Source: Octopus vulgaris
Taxonomy: Eukaryota
Direction: 5' to 3'
Assembly: GCA_951406725.2 (NCBI GenBank)
Contig: OX597825.1
Location: 79,236,001-79,300,000 of the forward strand
DNA: 64,000 nt
The position numbers and the translations under genes were made by a program. Under the pieces are notes generated by a model. The model had not been told where the DNA came from. It did not search any database and saw only the letters and a program-made list of their open reading frames with translations. Every line of letters starts with the position of its first letter. Within the stretch, counting starts at the first letter, position 1. This document shows positions 56,193 to 63,660 of the stretch, piece after piece.

Positions 56193-58095
56193 GATTAGTT
56201 ACAGGAATCATTAGAATCTAAGCACATCAACACACAAGACTGGCTACGTACCATACATTGAGATCACACTGAGGAAAAAAACAACCATGAGATGAGGTGT
56301 GTTAGTAGAGTACTGTATGTATATATATATACACACACACATTTATATACATAGGTACTGAATGCAATACAAACTGTAGATCCGACTCAGGTTTCGCATA
56401 AAAAGATCCCAAATGGGGATTTAAAATATACAACTGTTCCAGTGGAATTTTATTGATGTATATTCACCATGTTGGTTGTTGGATTGGTCATGATCACGGT
56501 TTTACCTCACCTGTTTGATACCTGTTTAAAATTTTACCTGAAGATGGTGGACTTATGCTATGATGTAATCTATGAATACATCAATAAAATTCTACTGAAA
56601 CAGCTGTAGTAAAGTTTAAACACAATTTGTGTTCTTTATATATATATATATACATACATACACACATGTATTTGCTGGGTATGTTATTGATGTCAATACA
56701 ATTTTGCTACTTCTTTTGAGGGTTAACATTGTTCCTTTTACTATATTAGACTGGGGTTGTTGAAAAGACAGAAAATGCACAAAACCCCCACTTAAAAAAA
56801 AAAAAAAAAAAAATATATATATTAAATGCGTACGTGTGTGTATGTATTTTATACAAACTGTTAATGTGTGTCTACCAACGAGATACAAGACATTTACGAA
56901 CAAGTTTCTTGTTGCTCTGTTTTAGCCTCAGGTCAGAACTGATCCAAAAACTAAACGACATGATCAAATTTATTCATTATTATAAATCGGTATTCGATTT
57001 AAAATAATGGCAATAGAAATAGAGATTCGAGTATTACTGTTGAAATCCCGCAAATAAAACAGAAGCAGAAATGGACACGAGAGGAATACATTTCCAAAGC
57101 TAAATGCGTATTTATAATTTTTTTTCCAAAGAAGACCAAGAATAAAACCATTCAAAGTCTTTTAGTAAAAATAACTTCAAAGGTGCCCCTAGAATTTACT
57201 ACAGTAAGAAGATAACGAGGGAATCTCTTGATGTGGTGATAGTAATTCCTTGTTCTAAGAAATAAATGCCAAACCTCCTTCTAGTAATACTGTTACCATT
57301 TTTGAAAACCCGGTAGGACATATTGCGTAACGCAGACCTAGAGAAACTGTGTGTGAATAAAGAAAGAATTAGGGATGGTCACAGTTAGAGTGTCTGTTCC
57401 TATGGGAGCAACTATAGGGACCAAGCATCAGCGAACCGGCAACGAAGCCTTCAAGTGGTCATCCTTCCACCTGCTAGAAATAATAATCAAATCCTTCAAA
57501 TTAATTCACATCGCAGAATACATTTTAAAAATCGGGGGTTGGGGGTGGGATATTGGATAACGTAGTTCTAAGGCACCATCATGTCTGAATAAAATAAAGA
57601 CGTGATGGTCACAGTTGGAACACAATTGATCACATGTCTATTCAGTCAGTTTGTTTGTTAAACGATAATGTAACATCTAAGTGTATCGTTGTTGAATGCT
57701 AATTGTGGTTAATTAACTGTGTGGGATGATCGCGAAAAAAGCTTCGAAGAACAACTGAAACAAAAGAGACGAAAGAAGAACGAATCTGATGAATGAGTGT
57801 GTAAAGGAAATGTGCATTTGTACTGACAACAGGTTAGGGTCAGGTCATATATAAAACATCGTGACACAGAAATAAGGAGAAGCAAGGCAGACATGTAAAA
57901 AAAAAAAAAAAAAATTTTCTTTCTTTTTTAAAGATTCAAAAAAAATAAATGACTTACCGACAGAATAGTGTAAAATCCAGGACTGGTCTCCCATTGCTTT
58001 AACTGGTGCACAGCAGGTTTGAGAACATCAGCATTCTGGCTGCAAGCATTTGTTAATGTGTGCAACACGATGGGGCCTGCACTTGCCAAGTCCAT
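4284..58095 (-). CDS. IPO11: Importin-11 (importin-beta family), complete 26-exon spliced CDS, 2910 nt / 969 aa
   Basis: Exons translate collinearly with recalled vertebrate IPO11 (MDLxSA..VLKPA..QLKQWET, DCPRxWPELIPTL, VYNAVGLA..LFD..DFDQWF, HNMLRCAILTTL, DPVHxVSL). All phases are consistent; 24 GT-AG introns and 1 AT-AC intron. Confidence 0.96.
5008..5089 (-). CDS. IPO11: IPO11 coding exon 25 (DCLVIGEEEDAESTEENTDTEHEKRKQM)
   Basis: 82 nt, ttccag / gtgagt; acidic loop. Confidence 0.92.
5691..6767 (+). mobile_element. Internally deleted piggyBac transposon with transposase fragment
   Basis: TTAA TSDs (5687-5690, 6768-6771) and 12-bp TIR CCCTTTCGTTAC. ORF 6063-6398 has acidic N-terminus and LDYFFLLF..IMAETNCYA..WFPTTLNEIK, then frameshifted IIMGIRKLPRI. 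Confidence 0.92.
6824..6919 (-). CDS. IPO11: IPO11 coding exon 24 (SPITERFSGILNVCVEVLHDICRADCDTGKQT)
   Basis: 96 nt, tttcag / gtaagt. Confidence 0.93.
7669..7790 (-). CDS. IPO11: IPO11 coding exon 23 (SRTLLGMLLDLWFEKMDSITKPEHRKLSALALSSLLTMNL)
   Basis: 122 nt, ttccag / gtttgt; RKLSALAL motif. Confidence 0.93.
8270..8760. mobile_element. pogo/Tc1-mariner-type MITE
   Basis: TA flanks; TIRs CCGTAAATCCTTGAGTATAA / TTATATTCGAGGATTTACGG. Confidence 0.85.
9055..9168 (-). CDS. IPO11: IPO11 coding exon 22 (ELVTVLSMQLYILGRVLLQNQEYFWSFLAQESAKMDKE)
   Basis: 114 nt, ttgcag / gtaatg; GRVLLQN motif. Confidence 0.93.
9229..9692. mobile_element. hAT-type non-autonomous element
   Basis: Perfect 8-bp TSD ATATAAAG (9221-9228, 9693-9700); CAGG...CCTG termini. 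Confidence 0.75.
10829..10924 (-). CDS. IPO11: IPO11 coding exon 21 (AVELIFQSFPLEAPQVFQPLLSHIFKTTLENN)
   Basis: 96 nt, aaacag / gtaagt. Confidence 0.92.
11564..11644 (-). CDS. IPO11: IPO11 coding exon 20 (RFSQDIVMSFSSLITDIRTDGILLILK)
   Basis: 81 nt, tttcag / gtatct. Confidence 0.9.
12773..12852 (-). CDS. IPO11: IPO11 coding exon 19 (EFGNEDLKVCLKIVEAYVVLGQKEFMQ)
   Basis: 80 nt, ttgcag / gtatgt. Confidence 0.92.
12882..13245. mobile_element. Fold-back insertion with 13-bp TSD and hammerhead-like motif (Penelope-like pLTR remnant)
   Basis: TSD AAAATTTCATTTT (12869-12881, 13246-13258); about 39-bp inverted arms (12939-12977 vs 13208-13246); one-sided tail; motif at 13085-13124. Confidence 0.75.
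14226..14647 (+). mobile_element. SINE with Meta-like domain, internal tandem subrepeats and (GAT)n tail (representative copy)
   Basis: GGTTGGCGTTAGGAAGGGCATCCAGCTGTAGAAA...GGACGTTAAATGATGATGAT. Many copies on both strands (e.g. near 1823, 9740, 26130, 33080, 46975, 48760, 54060, 59705, 60314). Domain name recalled from literature. Confidence 0.85.
14678..14870 (-). CDS. IPO11: IPO11 coding exon 18 (GLGTSCNTLYDFLIPVIRLSTDV...EDGLDLWLETL...MPAIL)
   Basis: 193 nt, tttcag / gtaagt. Confidence 0.95.
15456..15614 (-). CDS. IPO11: IPO11 coding exon 17 (MHVLYVISFVIERV...HNMLRCAILTTLIRLVK)
   Basis: 159 nt, ttccag / gtaatt. Confidence 0.95.
16705..16914 (+). mobile_element. Probable Mutator-like (MULE) relic with start of a FLYWCH-type domain
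   Basis: ATG near 16760 gives MEFIKTESGCRRLLYKG*AYIINR, followed by repeated subterminal AATTGT/AAGTTGT motifs. Confidence 0.45.
16953..17018 (-). CDS. IPO11: IPO11 coding exon 16 (YLSPSFSLLFQLLREIKECDTK)
   Basis: 66 nt, ttccag / gtgagt. Confidence 0.94.
18350..18757 (+). mobile_element. RTE-clade LINE 3' fragment (degenerate)
   Basis: DKVSNEEV...IKTKLLRFLGDVMSEEGLENLVMSG / IKGKRSRGRR..WTSSL resembles the RTE ORF C-terminus. Confidence 0.8.
18904..18944 (-). CDS. IPO11: IPO11 coding exon 15 (AVDDFEFNTEQFLP)
   Basis: 41 nt, AC acceptor / gtaagt donor. Confidence 0.93.
18945..19780 (-). other. U12-type (minor spliceosome) AT-AC intron, 836 nt
   Basis: 5' end ATATCCTTT at 19780, branch site TTTTCCTTAAC at 18965-18955, terminal AC at 18946-18945. 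Splicing here restores the frame ...LRT-A-VDDFEF. Confidence 0.95.
19781..19944 (-). CDS. IPO11: IPO11 coding exon 14 (YRIIRRRVIWLVSQWVGVK...AANTLRT)
   Basis: 164 nt, ttgcag acceptor; followed by U12 donor ATATCCTTT. Confidence 0.94.
20236..20597 (-). mobile_element. Non-autonomous Helitron
   Basis: On the minus strand it begins A|TC (20597), has a CTGT/GT-rich 5' part, a subterminal GC hairpin (CCTGAGCAACGCCGGG), and ends CTAG|T; no TSD. Confidence 0.8.
20811..20873 (-). pseudogene. Degenerate partial tandem copy of exon 13 in the following intron
   Basis: 51/63 aligned positions match 20891-20951, with two 1-nt indels; frameshifted. Confidence 0.85.
20883..20988 (-). CDS. IPO11: IPO11 coding exon 13 (VYNAVGLASFDLFDDIDFDQWFTSHLIPELQNKHT)
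   Basis: 106 nt, ttccag / gtaagt. Confidence 0.95.
21538..22106. mobile_element. piggyBac MITE interrupted by a fold-back insertion
   Basis: TTAA-CCCTTTTGTTAC ... GTAACAAATGGG-TTAA. Uninterrupted relatives at about 30457-30678 and 46197-46402; partial copy at 4625-4745. Confidence 0.85.
21595..21933. mobile_element. Fold-back insertion with 13-bp TSD
   Basis: TSD ACAAATGTCTTGT (21582-21594, 21934-21946); about 134-bp inverted arms around a short spacer; about 55-nt one-sided tail. Confidence 0.85.
23296..23434 (-). CDS. IPO11: IPO11 coding exon 12 (PCTEVLFLSLFKNFHSTLAPVLL...ILRKDA)
   Basis: 139 nt, atccag / gtaata. Confidence 0.94.
23670..23898 (-). mobile_element. tRNA-derived SINE with Nin/Deu-like domain (representative copy)
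   Basis: B-box GAGTTCAAATT and GCCTTT(T/C)ATCCTTTCGGGGTCGAT..AAGTACCAG core; 12-bp TSD CTTCTTRTACCT. Sister copies at 37143-37377 (TSD TGGACTAAATGC) and 61160-61396 (TSD CAGTTGTCCACAACA). Confidence 0.88.
24385..24765 (-). mobile_element. tRNA-derived CORE-type SINE with central (TA/CA)n (representative copy)
   Basis: Head GTGGCTGTGTGGTAAG..GGTTCAGTCCC, CORE-like GCACCTTGGGCAAGTGTCTT, tail ACTGAAAC(G/A)AGTAAAAGA. Other copies near 257, 15813, 25660, 35420, 44170, 53582, 55431. Confidence 0.9.
25522..25562 (-). CDS. IPO11: IPO11 coding exon 11 (CQDEGGDSYKFSLK)
   Basis: 41 nt, ttttag / gtaagt. Confidence 0.92.
26965..27067. repeat. Compound (GAT)n microsatellite with higher-order duplication
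   Basis: Block ACAATGATGATAGTAATGATGATGATGAT occurs twice; about 30 nt from the exon 10 donor. Confidence 0.9.
27101..27256 (-). CDS. IPO11: IPO11 coding exon 10 (EKINPASVEAHKLKM...WESDPESF)
   Basis: 156 nt, ttgcag / gtaagt; conserved W-E-x-D-P-E motif. Confidence 0.94.
28496..29105. mobile_element. Long-TIR palindromic MITE with central telomere-like TTAGGG units
   Basis: About 280-bp inverted arms, GGATCTTTACCTTTTGACC ... GGTCAAAAGGTAAAGATCC; spacer contains TAAGGTTAAGGTTTTAGGGTTAGGGTT. Confidence 0.88.
29312..29401 (-). CDS. IPO11: IPO11 coding exon 9 (SLHFPHFTVNCLNMLKIIVHTDSYKVDTRK)
   Basis: 90 nt, tttcag / gtgaat. Confidence 0.9.
30234..30333 (-). CDS. IPO11: IPO11 coding exon 8 (LIDMLEVHPLSFVQFIPTTLQFVARYNFVDTGE)
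   Basis: 100 nt, ctacag / gtaagt. Confidence 0.92.
31171..31241 (-). CDS. IPO11: IPO11 coding exon 7 (RRNLWGNQQMVEKCEKLILLMTKV)
   Basis: 71 nt, ttccag / gtaggt; phase fits flanking exons. Confidence 0.88.
31790..31851 (+). mobile_element. Tigger/pogo-like terminal fragment
   Basis: CTGAAATCTGCAACACTTTCAGTTCCAGGAATTTTAGGATAAGGGATCCTCAACTG resembles recalled Tigger4-type ends. Confidence 0.5.
32180..32560 (+). mobile_element. RTE-like LINE 3' fragment
   Basis: Degenerate LLLHTERS..HVTRM..GRPRTKWLDNI; GGAT-repeat tail. Confidence 0.6.
32589..32696 (-). CDS. IPO11: IPO11 coding exon 6 (VLRKLVCFGFKDQQ...RLDPFLEC)
   Basis: 108 nt, ttacag / gtgagt. Confidence 0.92.
34161..34290 (-). CDS. IPO11: IPO11 coding exon 5 (VADNLFSFVLNLWNTHMETFLQ...SILGLK)
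   Basis: 130 nt, tgtag / gtgagt. Confidence 0.92.
34575..34772. mobile_element. mariner-derived MITE (second copy, opposite orientation, about 63668-63893)
   Basis: TIR-like GCTAAAAAGTTCTTGG / CCAGGAACTTTTTAG(T/C); shared internal sequence between the two copies. Confidence 0.75.
36731..36934 (-). CDS. IPO11: IPO11 coding exon 4 (VATQLAVLIGKIARMDCPRYWPELIPTL...RKLFEE)
   Basis: 204 nt, ttccag / gtgagt. Confidence 0.95.
37934..38006 (-). CDS. IPO11: IPO11 coding exon 3 (AIAEEEKNALKKRLIDNFNEPVPQ)
   Basis: 73 nt, tttag / gtgagt. Confidence 0.93.
38988..39088 (-). CDS. IPO11: IPO11 coding exon 2 (TIFQNHEIDFNIRWLAVLYFKNGIERYWRRNAP)
   Basis: 101 nt, ttgcag acceptor, gtaagt donor; IBN_N motif RWLAVLYFK. 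Confidence 0.95.
39801..41028 (-). mobile_element. Near full-length defective mariner transposon nested in a SINE
   Basis: TA flanks and TIRs TTGGGTCAGCCCATAAATAA / TTATTTATGGGATGACCAAA. Minus-strand MEGTKEHIQHILL..QCQRWL*KF, KLGQWVPHKL and VMTGDEKW with stops and frameshifts. Confidence 0.92.
42125..42450 (-). mobile_element. Second CORE-type SINE family (another copy about 11790-12045, + strand)
   Basis: tRNA-like head, GTGTTGTGTTCTTGAGCAAGAC core, shared 3' part CTAGCTGCAATCCCATGG. Confidence 0.8.
42480..42707. mobile_element. hAT MITE with GGAGTC subrepeats
   Basis: CAGGGCT...AGCCCTG termini; 8-bp TSD ATTTCTAT/ATTTCTAC; nested in a piggyBac MITE (about 42002-42805). Confidence 0.85.
47560..47910 (+). 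mobile_element. RTE-like LINE 3' fragment
   Basis: GGQRKTWLMTVKADL...LASNCQAWLAFVRD. Confidence 0.7.
51190..52710 (+). mobile_element. Fragmented Helitron RepHel (Pif1-like helicase) fossil
   Basis: Frameshifted VFFDASG..GKT (Walker A region, 51210-51255), KQIATAMVSSGI..GSSTA..VFNLSLNL (51287-51380) and VPHDLVLTEGC (52655-52690), separated by hAT and SINE insertions. Confidence 0.65.
51688..51929. mobile_element. hAT (Charlie-like) MITE
   Basis: CAGTGGTTCCCAAA ... TTTGGGAACCATTG; imperfect 8-bp TSD TTTTAGCT/ATTTAGCC. Similar elements at about 48313-48542 and 52723-53157. Confidence 0.8.
56533..56613 (+). ncRNA. Minimal type-I hammerhead ribozyme motif (Penelope-like)
   Basis: Stem I TTTAC/GTAAA, CTGAAGA (56538-56544), stem II GGTGGA/TCTACT with long loop, GAAA (56597-56600), C-AGCT-G stem III, TA; predicted cleavage after 56608. 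Confidence 0.7.
57958..58095 (-). CDS. IPO11: IPO11 coding exon 1 (MDLASAGPIVLHTLTNACSQNADVLKPAVHQLKQWETSPGFYTILS)
   Basis: 138 nt, donor GTAAGT at 57957. An in-frame upstream ATG at 58116 could add MSGTVVK. Confidence 0.93.
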
Positions 58096-58799
58096 TTTGA
58101 CTACGGTTCCACTCATTCAGGGTATAAAGCATAAAAAACAGAACGGCCTCACTTCTTTTACTCTCCTCACCAACATGATCTTTGCAAACATATACGAAAC
58201 AGGTAGATTTTCATGTTAATTAATAATAATAATTATAATTATTATTACTGTTTATTATTGTGGAGGTTTCTTTTAATTGGAGTTCTAATGAAATCTCTTA
58301 ATACACCACAAAATACATTTAATGTTTTACGTGTTCAGGGAGGAAATATTTTTTGGCGAACAAGTTAAAGATAAGTCGTATAAACATATATTATGTGTAG
58401 ACATATATTATTATTCTACATCTATATAACTACATATATACAACATGGGTTTTTAACATGTAAGCAAGATTAAACGAAAGCAAATATTTTTGCTTCGAGA
58501 AATTGGTTTAAGAGATTCTTTGACTGAGAGAGAACTTGTGACACTCACACCATTACTTTATATATATTACATACATACATATATATATAAATATACACAC
58601 ACATATATATAAATAACTATATACACATATATAACGGTAAAATAATGGAGTCTCTTGTAAGGAAGAAGAAATGCGAACGTTTTTGAGAGCGTTAAGTGAT
58701 TACAACCCACCACAAAAATATGAAGAGAAGAAGGAATATTCAGTCTGTGAGTGTGTGTGTGTTTTATGTGTGTCTGAGGATAAAACTTGTTAAATGATT

Positions 58800-59400
58800 G
58801 CCAGGATTTCATTCACATGTTTTAGCGGTGAACGAAGGTGGAGTTGTTATGGAAATTCTTGAGGCTCTTCGCTTCTTTCATCCAGGCAAAATGTTTGAGG
58901 GTGGTTTTTGGGTCGCTACGTTTTGTTTTCCCCACTCAATCCGGACAATGTAGACACTGACAACAGATACGACACGAAACTAAACACGTACTGCCATGAA
59001 ATATTAACAGAATTCTCCTCAAAGACAAACTTCTTTCTTTCCATTTCCCCCGCCATTCATTTTTTTTGTTTTTGTTTTTGTTGTTGTTTTTGTTTTTTCT
59101 TCTTTAAAGTCTACTTTAAAAAAAAAAAATTATAAACAAGCTTATTTCTCTACCTGTTGGCTTTTTTCCCTTTTTTTTTTTGCTCTCTTTTTTCTTGTTA
59201 ACTTATATTTTTAGCAATGCATCTTCTTGTTAACTTTTGCGCTGGATTTGATCCGAATTTGAAACCACATCAGAGGAACACATGGGGGCAAGATTTAATA
59301 CTACTTCCGCTCACGAATATCTTTCATCACATCAACCGCGTGCAGAGAAATGGCTTAACAACTATTTCACAGATCCCTATCCGAACCGAATAAAAAAAAA
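58800..59400 (-). promoter_or_regulatory. Probable IPO11 promoter / 5' UTR region
   Basis: SINE-free, relatively CpG-containing stretch upstream of the start codon. ETS-type GCGGAAGT at 59303-59310 and YY1-like ATGGCGG near 59050 on the minus strand. TSS not determinable. Confidence 0.35.
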
Positions 59401-59849
59401 TTTTTTTGAAATATATTAAAACCCACTTTTTATTTTCAACCAGAGATTTATTATTGATTAAACAAATAAGCATTTTCTTTTAAATATTACATTGTGACAT
59501 TTAAAGATAATAAAATATAAGGTTTGAAAATTTGAAACCAATATCGAGATCTTTTTATCTTTTGCTTGTTTTAATCATAGGATTGCGGCCATGCTGGAGC
59601 ACTGTCTTGAGGGGCTTTAGTCGAACCGCATTTATTTCTTAGAGCCTGGTATTTATTCTAACAGTCTCTTTTGCTGAAGCGCTAAGTTATGAGGATATAA
59701 ACACTACACTCTTGGAGTGGTTGGCATTAGGAAGGGCATCCAGCTGTAGAACCTTGCCTGATCAGATTGGAACCTGGTGCAGTCTACTGGGTTGCCAGTC
59801 CAACCCATGCCAGCATGGAAAATGGACGTTAAACGATGATGATGATGAT

Positions 59850-59860
59850 TATTATTATTA

Positions 59861-59903
<43 letters not shown>
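59850..59903. repeat. (TAT)n microsatellite grown from a SINE (GAT)n tail
   Basis: Direct observation. Confidence 0.95.
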
Positions 59904-59904
<1 letters not shown>

Positions 59905-60825
59905 TCTGAAGGGAGATTTTCTTGTTTTTTTCAAATTAAAAATTACACTCAACAGAGAATATTATTTGCAAGATCTTGCATTGAAACATACTGGTTATAT
60001 ATTTTAGAGTTCCTTCATTAACAATATCACATTACTTTCAGCTAAGCAACTGATACAGCGAGAACTACTAATTTGAAACTGGTGGTTTTGTTGCTGGTGA
60101 GTTTACACAAATAAAAAATCTCAGCCTATATTTAAAAAATAGGAAAAATTAATTCACAACAAGTTTAAATGTAAATCTATTTAATGAAGCAAGCAGTTCA
60201 TCTGTTAAATGGAATTCCATGTATAAATCAATAGTCATATATTGGTGTATATATCTAAAGATAGCTTGTTATACAGATAGATATTAAAATGATTTGTCTG
60301 TGATGTGGCTATTTGAGTATGATCATTACCAGCGTCGCCTTACTGGCACTCATGCCTGTGCTAGTAGGGTGCCAATAGCACCATCCGAACGTGATCGTTG
60401 CCAGAGCAGCCAACTGGCTTCCGTACCCGTGGCATATAAAAGGGCACCATTCAAGTGTGATCGTTACCAACGTCGCTTCACTGGCACGTGTAAAAAGATT
60501 TGAGTGATGTCATTGCCAGTACTGTCTGACTGGCCCCGGTGTCGGTGGCACGTAAAAAGCACCCACTACACTCTCGGAGTGGTTGGCGTTAGGAAGGGCA
60601 TCTCCAGCACTTCATTGTTCCTTTTTGTGTGATCCTTTCTCATCCCTTTTATGAGGTACAGCATCTTCACATCAACATTCCCTACTTCATTCTTTGTATT
60701 CCTTGGTCTCCTTTGTCTGTGGGTTTTATGAACTTGGAGTTACCAGCACTTCCTTATGTAGCAGTCATTCTCTAAATGCATCACATGCTCATATCAGTAT
60801 AGCCTTCTCTCTTGTACACATGGTA

Positions 60826-61144
60826 AAGGCACGTGGCTTAATGGTTAGGGTATTTGGCTCACAATCATAAGGCTGTGAGTTCAATTACTGGTGGCAGGTT
60901 GTGTCCTTCAACAAGATGCTTTATTTCCCGTTTCTCCGATCCACTCAGCTGGCAGAAATGAGTTGCACCTGTAAATCAAAGGACCAACCTTGTTACATTC
61001 TGTGTCATGTTGAATCTCCCTGAGAACTATGTTAAGGGTACGCATAGCTATGGAGTGCTCAGCCACTTTCATGTTAACGTCATGAGCAGCCTGTTCCATT
61101 GATCGGATCGACTGAAACCCTTGTTGTCGTAACCAATGGAATGC
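60826..61144 (+). mobile_element. tRNA-headed CORE-type SINE (third family)
   Basis: GTGGCTTAATGGTTAGGG..GAGTTCAATT head and TTGTGTCCTT..CAAGA core. Confidence 0.7.
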
Positions 61145-61497
61145 CAGTTGTCCACAACATCTTATTTCTTTACTACCCACAAGGGGCTACACACAGAGGG
61201 GAAAAACAAGGACATACAAAGGGATTAAGTCGATTACATCGATCCCAGTGCGTAAATGGTACTTAATTCATTGACCCCGAAAGGATGAAAGGCAAAGTCG
61301 ACCTTGGCAGAATTTGAACTCAGAATGTAATGGCAGACGAAATACCGCTAAGTATTTCGCCCGAGGTGCTAACGTTTCTGCCAGCTCGCCACCTTACAGT
61401 TGTCCACAACACCTGATTCCTCTTATACCCCATATTTCCATCAATGCATTTGTATTGCTGGTATTCATGCTTACTAACATTATTCATCCATTGGAGC

Positions 61498-61915
61498 CAG
61501 TGCTGGATTAATCATTAAGAAAAATAAGCACGTGCTTAGGGCATCAAGGGAAGGAGGGGGACACCACAGAAATGGTAAATAGTTTACAACACAAAAGAAA
61601 TCACTTTAAACTTGCTAAAATAATATTTGGGATGCCTTTATCTCTACTAAGATACAGATGTGTAACCCAAGATTAATTTTGAGGATCTGATCAAAGACAT
61701 TGCAATTCAAAAAAGTAGGAGAAAACTTCAAATATAAATAAAATGGAAAAAATACAAAAATAAACATTTTCCCTTTTACAGATTTGTTTCGTTTTGAAAA
61801 TCAAAAATTTATTTTATGGTTTGTTAGTGTTTATATTTTGAATTACATAATCTTTTACGGGGGCACCAAAATCTTTTAAGTGCATAGGGCCTCGATGTGT
61901 CTTAATCCGGCCCTG
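61498..61915. mobile_element. hAT MITE
   Basis: CAGTGCTGGATTA ... TAATCCGGCCCTG; perfect 8-bp TSD ATTGGAGC. Confidence 0.88.
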
Positions 61916-61919
61916 ATTG

Positions 61920-63660
61920 GAGCATACCTGCCTAATTTCTTTCTATTCACAAGTCTTCTGCATTGGATGGTGCCTACTTCACACAGTCCTTTGTATTTAC
62001 TGCTCCTGTGCCTCGGCTGCGTGTGAAGATTAGCTTCTCTGTTAGCCTGCTTGTGATCCCATTACACATCTTGTACATCTACAGTTGACACTTGGTACAC
62101 TCTACTGAATACCTGCTTGCTCCTTTTCTATAAACTGAGAAAGGCCACTTTCCTAGTGAAATCAGGGTCCTGCCTGCTTTCTTACTTACTAAAACCTTAT
62201 ATTTTGTTAAATACATTTAGAGGTCCCTTACTCTTAGGTTTTGCTTCCATATCTGGAATTTCTTTTCTAATTTTACTAAAGGTTCAATTACAAGAGCCAA
62301 GTCATCACCATAAAGAAGCTTCTATGGTCAACTGGTCTTAAACTTCTCTTTTATGGCTTAGTGAACTATAAAGAAGAGAAGGGGTATGAAGACTGATCCC
62401 TGGTGCACCCCCTACTTTCACTCTGAATTCTTCACTGTATTTATCAATAATCTTCACCTTGTTGATTGCACCTCTGTACATCAATTGCACAGCTCCCACA
62501 AGCCATTTGTTTACTCTAAACTTCCTCAGTGACCATCAGATCATAGAAAAGGGAACCTATCCCAGGTGTTTTCTCAGTCAATAAAAGCCAGGTATAATGG
62601 GGTGTGCTCATTTCTGGCAAGATACTTCTGCAATTGGAAATTGGCATTTAAAGTAATTTTTCCTGGCACAAAACCAAACTGTGTAGCATCAACTGTTAAC
62701 TCTCTCTTTAATCAATTGTGCTATAATGCTACATCTTTCATAACCTGATCTAATAACTTAATATCTCTGTAGTTTCTCCTCTACGATTCTGATATTTTAA
62801 TTTCTTTTGTTGCAGATTTTTTAATAAACAAGTGTCGAGGTTACAAGGAAAATGGAAAAAAACTGAGTATTGTGCTGCCATAAAGTACCTTCAATTGAAA
62901 GGCATGACTCTATCAGAAATTCATAAAGATATTGTGAAAACCTTAACAGAGAATGCTCCTTCATGTGCAACAGTTAAATACTGGGTAAATGAATTCCAGC
63001 GTGGCAGGGAGAGTATGGAAGATGATCCCAGACCAGGAGACCTCCAACTGCAACCACCGAGGACAATATTGACCTTGCTCTTGGTTTGATAATGCAAGAT
63101 CGCCAAATATCATGTCGCCAGATAGCTGAGAGAGTGGGCATCTCAAATGAAAGAGCAGACAACATTGTGACAAAAGAACTTGGGTTCTCAAAGGTTTTTG
63201 CAGGGTGGGTCCCTCACCTTTTGACTCCTGAACAGAAACGCACCATTAGATATGATACCTTCTTGTACTGCTTGGTTTACAATGCAGAAGACCCACCCAC
63301 ATCCCACCCTGCCAGATATGTTAAGCATTTCAGCTGTGATTCCTGATGGATCAGGAGCCTTTCTTGCATTCATACCTTTAATTACTTAATTCACCAAACT
63401 ACGCTCAACTCTGTTGGGTCTAATTGGGTTAGACCCTCTTTCTCCCATGCATCTTCCTCATCCGACAGCCCCTAGTAATAGCACTTCCATGGCTCTCCCC
63501 TTTCAATGACTGTTAGAGCAAAAGTGCCGTCGTCTTTTCATACACCCCTCACTTATTATTCTGACTCTCTTTCACTAATCCCCTGATTTGATCTTTCCTC
63601 TTTTCCTTCTATTCCCTGTTTTTGTCTTATCGTTCTGTCATGCACTGCTTTACCCAACCA
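61920..63660 (-). mobile_element. Degenerate RTE LINE (reverse transcriptase region), continuing at about 60600-60815
   Basis: Minus-strand KAPDPSGITAEML, EFRVKVGVHQGSV..PLLF, DDLALV and downstream VQERRL..HVM; interrupted by a mariner fragment. Confidence 0.82.
62800..63245 (+). mobile_element. mariner transposase 5' fragment
   Basis: IKYLQLKG..EIH..ATVKYWVNEFQRGRES.EDDPRPG and RQIAERVGIS..LGFSKV..WVPHLLT; frameshifted, truncated. Confidence 0.9.

Noticed and set aside
39089-57957. Nested gene or snoRNA in the 18.9-kb intron
   Set aside because: Only transposon-derived coding fragments were found; no C/D or H/ACA candidate with terminal stems could be supported by eye.
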